NCBI GenBank assembly: GCA_040256005.1
Contig: JBDZWC010000103.1
Span: 1-10,453 of the forward strand
DNA length: 10,453 nucleotides
Origin: Deinococcaceae bacterium
GTDB lineage: Bacteria; Deinococcota; Deinococci; Deinococcales; Trueperaceae
Direction of reading: 5' to 3'
Positions 1-9,100 of this stretch are shown in pieces. Every line of letters begins with the position of its first letter. The first letter of the stretch is position 1. The notes under the pieces are model-generated. The model had not been told where the DNA came from. It saw nothing but the letters and a program-made list of their open reading frames with translations, and did not search any database. The position numbers were made by a program, and so were the translations under genes.

Positions 1-1530
1 GTGCGGGCGCTGCGCTTCCTCGCCAACTACCCCGACATCGGGAGCATCCAGGAAGCGGTGGTGAGGCGCAGCCTCGAGGGCCTGATGACGGTGTTGATGG
101 TAGCCGTGGCGTTCTCGGTGCTCACCGGCGCGATCTCGACCTTGTACGGCTCCATCGACCTCCCGTTCCTGCTCTCGCAGCCCGTGCGCGCGTACCGCGT
201 CTTCGCGCTCAAGGTCGCCGAGACCTACACCTCGAGCGCCCTCATGCCTGCCGTCTTCACGGTGCCGGTGCTCATCGCCCTGGGCAGCGAGCGGCAAGCG
301 CCCGCCGCGTACTACCCCATCGCCCTGATCGCGCTGGCCAGCCTCTACGCGCTGCCGGTGGCGCTCGGCGCCCTGCTCGCGCTGGTGCTAATGCGGGTCT
401 CGCCGCCCGGCAAGGCCAGGGAGGTGGCGACGGCGGCCAGCGTGGTGGTGGCGGCCGGCCTGGTGCTGGGCCTGCGCGCTCTGAGGCCCGAGCAGCTGCA
501 GGCCATGACACCCGAGGAGTTCGAGCAGATGCTCTCGGCGTTCGCGGCGCTGGACTTAGGCTGGCTGCCCAGCGCCTGGGCCAGCGACGCGATCTGGCAA
601 GGGTTGTCCGCCACGTTCTCGGCCGGCGCGTCTCTCCTGGTCGGCCTCGCGTTCGCGACCCTGGGCGGGCTGGCGCTGGTCGCGACGAAGGCGTACGCCG
701 CCGGCTGGTACCGGGCGCTGGACGACCAGCCCTGGGGCGGCGGCAAGCGCAGGTCGTCGCTGAGACCATCGTGGTGGGAGCGGCTGCTGGCGCCGGTGGG
801 GCGTGGCGTCGTCGTGAAGGACCTCAAGCTCATGTTCCGCGACCCGTCCCAATGGTCTCAGCTGCTCGTGCTCGCCGCCCTGGCGGGCGTGTACTTCATA
901 AGCACGGCGAGCCTCAGCGTGGGCGTGCAGCGCTTCAGGGACGCCATCGGAACGATGAACGTGGCGTTCCTCGGCTTCCTGCTGGCCGGCGTGGGCGTGC
1001 GGCTGGCGTTCCCGTTGGTGTCGCTCGAGGGCGAGGCCGTCTGGATCCTCAAGACGGCGCCCGTGAGAGCGTGGCGGCTGGTGGTGGCCAAGTTCCTCGG
1101 CGCCCTGCCTCCCATGCTGATCCTCGGGGTAGGGCTGGGGGTGGCAGTCGCCGGGCGGTTGGAGCTGTCGCCGGCGTTGGCGTTCGCCGCCCCGTTGGCG
1201 GGCGCCCTGGCCGCGTTCGCCACCGCGGGGCTGGGCGTGGGGCTGGGGGCGGCGTTCCCGCGGTTCGACAGCGTGAACCCCCACGAGGTGGCGGTATCGA
1301 GCGGCGGCTTGCTGTACATGGCGCTGGCGATGGCCTACTCGGCCGTTTCCACCGTGCTCTTCGCCTACCCGGCATGGCGTTCGCTGGTGGGCGGCGGCGG
1401 CTCGTTCGCGTGGACAGACACCGATGGCCTGTTGGTGCTGGCCGCGCTGCTCGTCGTGTGCGCCGCGTTCACCGTCTTGCCGTTGGCGCTCGGGAGCAGG
1501 CGACTGGCACGCTGGGAGCCCAGCGACTGA
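1..1530 (+). CDS. Putative ABC-2-type exporter permease subunit (fused two-half membrane protein, ABC_tran_2-like), 5'-truncated by the window edge
   Basis: Open frame 1..1530 (TGA at 1528-1530) with strongly G/C-ending codons and about 12 hydrophobic segments. Motifs typical of this permease family: KDLKLMFRDPSQWSQL, RLAFPLVSLEGEAVWILKTAPV...AKF, DLPFLLSQPV...FALK, WLPSAWA and FPRFD. The GTG at position 1 is simply the window edge, so the true start probably lies upstream. No ATPase gene is in the window. Confidence 0.82.
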   Translation: MRALRFLANYPDIGSIQEAVVRRSLEGLMTVLMVAVAFSVLTGAISTLYGSIDLPFLLSQPVRAYRVFALKVAETYTSSALMPAVFTVPVLIALGSERQAPAAYYPIALIALASLYALPVALGALLALVLMRVSPPGKAREVATAASVVVAAGLVLGLRALRPEQLQAMTPEEFEQMLSAFAALDLGWLPSAWASDAIWQGLSATFSAGASLLVGLAFATLGGLALVATKAYAAGWYRALDDQPWGGGKRRSSLRPSWWERLLAPVGRGVVVKDLKLMFRDPSQWSQLLVLAALAGVYFISTASLSVGVQRFRDAIGTMNVAFLGFLLAGVGVRLAFPLVSLEGEAVWILKTAPVRAWRLVVAKFLGALPPMLILGVGLGVAVAGRLELSPALAFAAPLAGALAAFATAGLGVGLGAAFPRFDSVNPHEVAVSSGGLLYMALAMAYSAVSTVLFAYPAWRSLVGGGGSFAWTDTDGLLVLAALLVVCAAFTVLPLALGSRRLARWEPSD

Positions 1531-1538
1531 GGGCGTGA

Positions 1539-3146
1539 CTAGCTCGGTCCCGCGCCCCTGATCTCCGCCGCCAAGCCCTCGAAGCTGTCCCTGAAGTTGG
1601 CCCGGAACATCTCCACGAGCTTCGCAGCGGTGGCGTCGTACGCAGCTGGGTCGGACCAGGTACTGCGCGGGTCGAGCAGCTCCGGCGGCACACCCGGGGC
1701 CCGGGTCGGGTAGCTGAGACCGAAGAACTCGTCCTGCCGCATGGGAGCCTCGTCGAGCCTGCCTTCGAGCGCGGCCCTCACCAGCGCCCGAGTGGCGGGC
1801 AGCGACATGCGTGAGCCCACACCGTAGGGCCCGCCGGACCAGCCTGTGTTGACGAGCCAGGCCCTGGCGCCGTGTCGGCGCAGCCGCTCGCCCAGCATCT
1901 CGGCGTAGGTGGCCGGTGGCAGCGGCATGAACGGCTCGCCGAAGCAGGTGCTGAACGTCGCGGTGGGCTCGGTCACGCCCCGCTCGGTGCCTGCCACCTT
2001 GGCCGTGTAGCCGCTCAGGAAGTGGTACATCGCCTGGGGCACGCTCAGTCGCGAGATGGGCGGCAGGACTCCGAAGGCGTCTGCTGTGAGGAACAGGACG
2101 TCGGTGGGGTGGCCCCCCATGCCGGTGCTGGATGCGTGCGGGACGAACTCGATGGGGTAAGCCGCGCGCGTGTTCTCGGTCTTCATGTCGTCGGAGAAGT
2201 GAACCGCCCGGGTGGCCTCGTCGACGACCACGTTCTCCAGCAGCGTGCGGAAGCGGTGGCTGGCCTCGTGGATCTCGGGCTCCTTCTCGGCGGAGAGGTG
2301 GATGACCTTCGCGTAGCAGCCGCCCTCGAAGTTGAAGACGCCGTCGTCGGACCACCCGTGCTCGTCGTCCCCGATGAGGCGCCGCGAGGAGTCCGACGAG
2401 AGCGTCGTCTTGCCGGTGCCGGAGAGGCCGAAGTACAGAGCGACCCCCGCTGCGCCGGCCAGCGGCTCGTTGGCGGAGCAGTGCATGGGGAACACCCCTT
2501 TGGTGGGCAAGGCGAGGTTGAGGACCGAGAAGATGGACTTCTTCATCTCGCCGGCGTACTCGGTGTTGCCGATGAGCACCAGGCGCTTCTCGAAATCGAG
2601 CGCGATGACCGTACTGCTCCTGCAGCCGTGACGCCGCGGGTCGGCCTCGAAGCTCGGCAGGTCTACGACGGTCCAGCCGGGCTCGTCGCTGTGGTCAACG
2701 TCCGCCGCGGCCGCCTGCTCGATGAACAGGTTGCGGGCGAAGAGCGCGTGCCAGGCGTACTGCGTTACCACGCGGACCTTGAGGCGGTAACGCGGGTCGG
2801 CGCCGGCGTACAGGTCCTGGACGTGAAGCTTGAGGCTGCGAGCGTGGCTGACCATGTCGTGGAGCAGGCGGTCGAAGCTCTCCTGTTCCATCGCCTGGTT
2901 GACGGGGCCCCACGCGACGTCCCGGCTGGCTGCGTTCCGGACGATGAACTTGTCGCTGGGCGACCGGCCGGTGAACCTACCTGTGTCGGCGGCCAGAGCG
3001 CCGGAAGCGGTCAGGAGGCCCTCGCCGCTCGCGACGGCAGCTTCGACGAGAGCAGCCGGCGGGGCGCGGTAGACCACGTCCATGCCGGCCAGCGGGAAAC
3101 CGCCGTCCTCGCCAAGCTCAAGCGTGCCGGGCTGCCGCTCGCTCAC
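1539..3146 (-). CDS. pckA: Phosphoenolpyruvate carboxykinase (ATP), EC 4.1.1.49, 535 aa
   Basis: All hallmark motifs of ATP-dependent PEPCK are present in order: TGRSPxDK, YAGEMKKSIFS, PMHCSAN, P-loop FGLSGTGKTTLS (~2400-2432), signature LIGDDEHGWSDDGVFNFEGGCYAK (~2307-2378), TENTRAAYP, FLTADAFGVLPP, HFLSGYTAKVAGTE, CFGxPF and WLVNTGWSGG. GTG start at 3146 with GGAGGT 6 nt upstream. TAG stop at 1539-1541. Length is typical for the family. Confidence 0.98.
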   Translation of the reverse strand: MSERQPGTLELGEDGGFPLAGMDVVYRAPPAALVEAAVASGEGLLTASGALAADTGRFTGRSPSDKFIVRNAASRDVAWGPVNQAMEQESFDRLLHDMVSHARSLKLHVQDLYAGADPRYRLKVRVVTQYAWHALFARNLFIEQAAAADVDHSDEPGWTVVDLPSFEADPRRHGCRSSTVIALDFEKRLVLIGNTEYAGEMKKSIFSVLNLALPTKGVFPMHCSANEPLAGAAGVALYFGLSGTGKTTLSSDSSRRLIGDDEHGWSDDGVFNFEGGCYAKVIHLSAEKEPEIHEASHRFRTLLENVVVDEATRAVHFSDDMKTENTRAAYPIEFVPHASSTGMGGHPTDVLFLTADAFGVLPPISRLSVPQAMYHFLSGYTAKVAGTERGVTEPTATFSTCFGEPFMPLPPATYAEMLGERLRRHGARAWLVNTGWSGGPYGVGSRMSLPATRALVRAALEGRLDEAPMRQDEFFGLSYPTRAPGVPPELLDPRSTWSDPAAYDATAAKLVEMFRANFRDSFEGLAAEIRGAGPS

Positions 3147-3152
3147 CTAAGA

Positions 3153-3158
3153 ACCTCC
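3153..3158 (-). promoter_or_regulatory. Shine-Dalgarno site of pckA (GGAGGT)
   Basis: The minus strand reads ...CAGACC GGAGGT TCTTAG GTG, a canonical SD 6 nt before the GTG start at 3146. Confidence 0.9.
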
Positions 3159-3166
3159 GGTCTGAG

Positions 3167-3175
3167 AGGCTACCA
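3167..3175 (-). promoter_or_regulatory. Candidate extended -10 promoter element for pckA (TGG-TAGCCT) overlapping the last codon and stop of tamB
   Basis: Minus-strand TGGTAGCCT fits TGnTAnnnT. It would start transcription near A3161, just upstream of the SD. There is no convincing -35 (GTTTCG/TTTCGG at 17/16 nt spacing). Pattern match only. Confidence 0.35.
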
Positions 3176-6100
3176 TCGGAAGGTTACGCCGAAACTCACG
3201 GCGCTCCTGTCGGTGGACAAGGACGTAGAGAGGTCCAGCCCGACGGTGCCGCCCAGCTGGTAGGCGAGGCCTACGCCGAGCTCGCTGCGCGGGCTGGCCA
3301 GCACGCCCGACATGGGGAAGTCCAGGCGGCCGGAGATCTCGAGGTCGAGGGGCCCCAGGGCGTACTCCAGGGCGACCTCGTTGGTGACGGCGAACCCCGG
3401 GTCGTCAGGGTCGGCGGTGCCGATCGTGTAGCTCGCGAACAGCTCGGGGTTCAGGTAGCCGCCCAGCCTGACGGACACGCCGAAGGGGTCGCCGTCGCCT
3501 TCCAGCAGGCTGGAGAACGCCGACGTCCTGATCTCGAATACGTCGAGACCCAGGGCCTCTCGCACCGCGTTCTGGAACTCACCGAGCAGCAGCACGTCGA
3601 CGGCGGTGTCCAGCGCGCCCTGCGCCACGGCCCCGCCCAGGCCGCCCGCGCCGATCAGGTCGGAGCCGAGCTCCAGCCGGCCCAGGGTAACGAGCGTGAG
3701 CAGCTCCGCCTCGGTGAGGGGTCGCACGCCGCCGCCCGCGGGCGCGGCCGGCGCGTCTGGGTCCGCGGTCACCTCGATCATGGCGTCAGATGACAGCGCC
3801 GGGTCCACGTCGAAGCGGATCTGCCCCTCCTCGGTGCGCTCCACCGGCCCCCGGAACGCCAGGTCCACGCGGAACGTGCGGCCGTCCGGTGCAGCGAACG
3901 ACACGTCCGAGTTGCCGGCCAGCACGCGCGTCTTCTCGAACTCGGTGTGGGCGCTCACCTGGAGGTCGGGCAGCACGCCGCGGTTGGCGCTGAACGTCGC
4001 CAGCGCCTGGTCGAGCGTGAACTCCCTGCCGGCGAACCTGAGGCTGCCCCTGAGCGTTCTGGCCTCGCCCGTGAGGCGCGGCTCGGCGCCGGTACCGCTG
4101 AGCGTGAGGTCGAGGGCCGCCTCGAGCGAGGCGAAGGCCGTGGTCAGTACGACGCGCTGTGGCGCGGTGATCCTGAGGTCGTCGAAGCGCAGTGCCGCCA
4201 GCGCGTTGCGCGGCGGCTCGGGGGCGGGCGCTGGCGGGTTCACCGGCGAGGCAGGCGAGCCCGCGGGCGAGATCGACGCGGCGCTCGGGTCTTCGTGTTC
4301 CTGGCCGGCGGTCTGGGCCTCGGCCGGTTCGGCGGCCCGAGCCTCGGGTGGTCCCGTTGGCTGTGCTGTCTCGGCCCCCGCGGCCGAACCTTCGGAAGCC
4401 TCCTCCGCACCGTCGGCGGCTTCGGGTGCCGCGGCTGCGCTCCGTGCGGGCGTGCCCGCGTCCGTCTGTGCACCCGAGGCTGTCTCTGGGCTCGCCCCAG
4501 GGGCCGCTTCCGCCTGCGCCCCCGAGGCCGCCGGGTCGAGTACGACCTCCTCGGCGCGGATCAGGCCGCCGAGGGCCACGCCGCCCTCCTCGCTGCGGAG
4601 CCTCAGGTCGGCGGACACGGTCGCGTCGGCGATCAGCAGGCCGGGGTACGAGACGCGCAGACCGGTGCCGCCAGCGCGCAGGTCGAGCGGCACCAGCGTT
4701 CCCTGCACCGAGAACGGCGAGCCCAGCTCGCCGGAGAGGGCCAGGAACGGCCGGAACTGCGGGTCCTGGGTGATGGTCCCATGCACCCCTTCGACGCGCC
4801 CCATGCCGGGCACGGCCAGGTCGCCCTCGAAACCGACGTCGACGGCCCGCAACGCGACCGGGTCGAGCGAGACGTCGGCCCGACCGTTCACGACCAGCGC
4901 GCCGGTCACGGGAGCCAGCGACCTGAGCGTGAGCTCGGCGGAGAGCGCGGGACCCTCGATGCGGACGTCGGCGTCCTCGAGGCGGTAGCTCGTGCCCGCC
5001 ACCTGCACGTCCAGGGCCTCCGTCTCGAACGAGACGAGCGGCTGAGACAGGTCGCCCGATGCGCGGAACGTGAAGCTGCCGTCCGCCCCCACGCCGTACT
5101 GTGCCAGGGCGGGGAAGATGCCCAGTATGGGTCCGAAGTCGGCGTCCTCAGCGACGAGCTCGAAGTCCAGGTCGTCCGGGGCTAGCACGCCGGACGCCCG
5201 CCACTCGCCGCGGCCCGAGAACGTCGCCCGGTCCACCCGCAGCGCCCCGGCGTCGTACGTGAGCGTCAGCTCTCCCCTGGTCACTACCCCTGCCCGCTCC
5301 AGGGTGAGCTCCTCGCTCGCGAGGGCCGCGTACCCGGTGCCGAGGTCGTTCAGTGGCAGGTCGACCCGCGCCACGCCGGTCAGCAGGGTGGAGACGTCGC
5401 TGGGCCCCACGACCGCCTCAGCCAGCAGGTCGAGGGGGAAGCGTTCCAAGCGGGTCACGCCTGAAAGCCGCATGTCGTCGAGCGTGAGCGACATCAGTGA
5501 CCCGCCCGTGACCAGCGCCATGTCGATGCGCGAGAGGGGACCCGAGACCTGGGCCGAGATGGGCAGCGGGGTCTCGCCCACGGCCAGCTCCGGCGCCAGC
5601 AACTGGCCCAGGACGAACCCGTCGCGCACCTGCACCACGCCGGAGACGGCACCGCTCAGGTGCGGCGCGACGTTCGCGACGATGGGCAGCTCCGACAGCT
5701 CCACAGCACGCAGTCGCACCTGCAGGTCGCCCTCGTCCAGCTCCGCCTCGGTGGTCGCGGCGGGCAGCAGCAAGCTGAGCGGGGCGTCGCCTGTGAGGCT
5801 CACGGCGCCGGCCGCGGACTGCAGCGTCGCGGCGCCACCTATGCGGCCATCGGCCAGGGTGGCCTCGGCACCGATCGTGAGGGTGCCCCAGGCGGGCGGT
5901 TCGAGGTTCACGTCGGTGAGCGACAGGGTGCCCGTGGGTCCGGCGACCGGGTCGTACGCGAGCCGGGCGGTGACCGAGCCGCCCGTGACCTGCCCGGGCA
6001 CACCTTCGGCGCCGGCAGCGGGCACAGCCAGCGCCACGTCCACGAGGGCGCGGCCCTCCATGGTGTCGAAGGCGGCATCCAAGCTGCCCAGCGGCCCGTC

Positions 6101-9100
6101 CGAGGCGAGCTGCCAGGTGCCGCCATCCGCGGTGACCTGGAGCGGCAGGGTCGCCAACGTCGGGTCATCGGCCGTCAAGGGAATGGTCAACGTGCCGGTC
6201 AGTTCGGCAGCGGACATGCTCAACGGTCCGGAGAGCTCCACCGCGAACCCGGCGGCCGACAAGCCCAGGTCACGCAGCTCCAAGCGTGGCTCCGGGTCCA
6301 GCCTCAGCGTGGCGGCGCCCGACGCCGCGCCCGCGCCTGCGACCGTCAGCCCGTCGCGCGTGACCCGCGATACCAAGGCTCCGAGGTCCGTCGCCGCCAG
6401 GTCCACTACGAGGCGCGCGTCGGGAACGGCCTGGGGCCGCAGCGTGACGCGAGGCGAGCCTGGCCCGTCCCCACCCGAGAGCTCCGCCGTGACCGGACCC
6501 AGAGGGACGTTCAGCGCTCCGCTGGCCGTGAGGCCGCCTGCCGCCTCCCTGACCCTCGTCTGTCCCCGCGGCTGGTCGGCCTGAGTGCCGCCACCGCTGA
6601 AGGTGAGGTCCAGGCCGGGCGCCACCCGCCCCTGCACGCGTAGCGGCGCGCTCACGCTGGGCAGCGCCACCGACTGGTCGAGCGTGACGCCGCCGGGGCC
6701 CAGGGTGACGCGACCTGCCGCCGCCGCGCCGGCGCCGCTGGCGTACAGCGCGGTGCCCAGCACGACCTGAGGCACAAGCTGGTTGCCCTGCAGCACGCCC
6801 GTTGCCACCAGCGCCGCCGCGGGATCCGTGGCCGGGAGCCCCGCGCCGGTCAGGTCCACCTCGCCGGTCCACACCCCGGCGGCGTCGCGCGCTCCGTCGG
6901 CGCGTAGTCGGCCACCCAACAACGACCCTTCCAAGCTCAGCTCAGCGCTCGTGGCTGAGAGCGCAAGGTGGGCGTTGGCGTCCAGTGCGAGCGCGCCGCC
7001 TCCCACCGCCGACAGGTCAGCCGTGCCGCTGGCGCCGCGTCCCTCGGCCGTCAGCGCCACCTCGACGTCGGCGGGCAGGGAGAAGCTAGCGACCGAGAGG
7101 GTCCAGCTCTGGTCCATGGGGTCCACGCGTCCCGAGATGCCCTCACCTGCGATGTCTATGGGCGCGCCGGCCGAGGCGGAGGTGAAGGCGATGTCGCCGA
7201 TGTCCTGCCCGCCCACCGCCAGGTCGGTGACCTCGGCCTCCAGCCAAGGGCGGCCGCCGTCCTCGCCCGTACCACTTGCTGACCCCAGCCGTAGCGACGC
7301 GCTGCCTCGCATGCCTGGCGCGACGCCCGACAAGGGACCGCTCGCCTCCAAGCCCCGCAGACCCTGGGACACGGTCGCGGTCCAGCCGTCCAGCAGCCCC
7401 GCGCCCGTCAGCGACAGGCCGCCCGCCGAGTCCTCGATCAGCAGCACCGCGCCGCCCGCACGGATGCTGCCGCTGGCGACCACGGTCTCCGGTCCCACGT
7501 TGGCCCTGAAGTCGGTGGTGACGTCGCCGTAGGCCAGGCTCGAACGGAGGTCTACGCGACCCCGGGCCGGTGCGGCCTCCAGACGGAGGCTGCCGCGCAG
7601 GTCACCTCGGCCGTTGAGCAGGGCGAACACGACCGGGTCGGTGACCGTGCCGCCCACCTGCAGTGCCCCGTCCACCTGCGCGGGCACGCCCACCACGCCC
7701 ACGCCGGCGGCGTCGAGTTGCGCCGTGACGGAGGCGTCCAGCACCTGCGCCACGGACGGGGCCACGACGACGATGGGACCGCGCAGCACGCCCGTCAGTT
7801 CGGTCTCCCCGAGGTCGAGGTCCGAGAGGTCGAGCTGCGCGCGCAGGGCCGCCCTCACCCTGCCGTCGAGTGACGCAGAGCCCGTGATGCTGCTACCACC
7901 GCTGGCGAGGTCTATCCCCTCGACGGCGATGCCGCCGGTGCCGCTGCCGCCGCTGAGCGTGAGGCTGAGCGTCGGTTCCTCCAGCTGCGTGACCAGGTCG
8001 GCTATGTCGTACTCGTCCAGCCTGGCTTCCACCGACCAGCCGGACACCCCCAGGTGCGCCGCGGCGTCGAGCCCGTCGCCCGTCAACCGCAGCTCGGCCT
8101 CTGAGTTCGCGACGCTGAGGCTGCCTGCCGCCTCCACCTGACCGCTCACGCCCACGTCGGCGACGAACCGCCCGGACGTGAGAGCCTCGGCCGGGACCTG
8201 TGCCGTCAGGCGGGCGAGCGGCGCGCCGTCCTGCGTCGCCCCGGCAGCCAGGTCGACGATGAGGTCGGACCCTGCGCCGGAGAGGGTCGCCACGGCGGGC
8301 TGGAGCTGCCCGGGTATCTGCGCGCCGCCCGCCGTCGCGGTGAGCCGTCCGGAGAAGCCCGCGGACGGGTTGAAGGTCAGGCCCGGCCCTTGGACCGTCA
8401 GGTCCAGCCCCGAGAGGTCTGGAGCGAAGACGGCGAGGGCCGGCGTTACGTCCCCCGGTGCGGCGACGGTCACCTCGCCGGGCCCGAACGCGTAGACGAC
8501 CTCGAGGCCGAGCCACCTGACGGAGGCTTCGAGCGGCGACCCGCCTACCTGCCAGCCGCCGTCCGCCGCCGCCACTTCGGGTGCGCTCACCGTCCCCGCC
8601 AGCGCCAGGGCTGGGGCCAGGCTGCCCGAGCCCTCGATCACGAGCGGCAAGTCGTCACCGAGGCCCGGCGCGGACGCTACGTCCACCCGCAGGGCAGTCA
8701 CCTGTACCTCCGCGCCGTCGATGACCACCTGGGCCGTCAGATCGCCGGTGAAACCAGCTACCCCGTCGCCGAGGAGCTGTCCCGTTACGCTCGCGCTGCG
8801 CAGGCCGCCCTCCGCCGTGGCCAGCGCTGCGTCGACCCGAGCACCCGGCACGTCCACGTGCAGGCGGCCGGTCTCGAGGTCGTCCGCCAGTTCCAGCCAG
8901 GCGTCGACGGGCCTGCCCCCCACCTGGCCTGACACCTCGACCTTGCGCTGTTCTGTCCAGGCCAGACGTCCAGCAAGTTCTCCTTCCGGGGCCTCCAACG
9001 TGAACCTCATGTCGTCCGGCCCGGTGCCGACCAACGTGACCGCCGCACCCTCGATCGTGCCGGCCAGGTCGATGTCCATGTCGAGGGTCGTTGGATCCGT

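Noticed and set aside
1..3. GTG at position 1 as the true permease start
   Set aside because: It coincides with the window edge and no upstream context is visible. The protein appears to begin part-way through its N-terminal region.
556..2355. 599-aa minus-strand ORF overlapping pckA and the permease (possible overprinted gene or frameshift extension of PckA)
   Set aside because: It is Arg/Gly/His/Gln-rich with no motifs. It lies codon-for-codon antisense to the permease and off-frame in pckA, where stops are rare at high GC. PckA is complete in its own frame and I see no slippery site.
2949..2969. PckA GRSPSDK instead of the common GRSPKDK (also CFGEPF instead of CFGAPF near 1930-1947)
   Set aside because: The changes fall at positions that vary in the family. 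The substrate-binding Arg, the following Lys, the P-loop and the metal ligands are intact, so there is no sign of altered function.
1872..3263. 463-aa plus-strand ORF antisense to pckA
   Set aside because: It is the codon-for-codon antisense shadow of a well-supported gene, with no RBS or recognisable motifs.
4211..4534. Insert in tamB as an intein or mobile element
   Set aside because: It has no intein block motifs or His-Asn terminus, no terminal inverted repeats and no transposase. It is simple low-complexity coding sequence.
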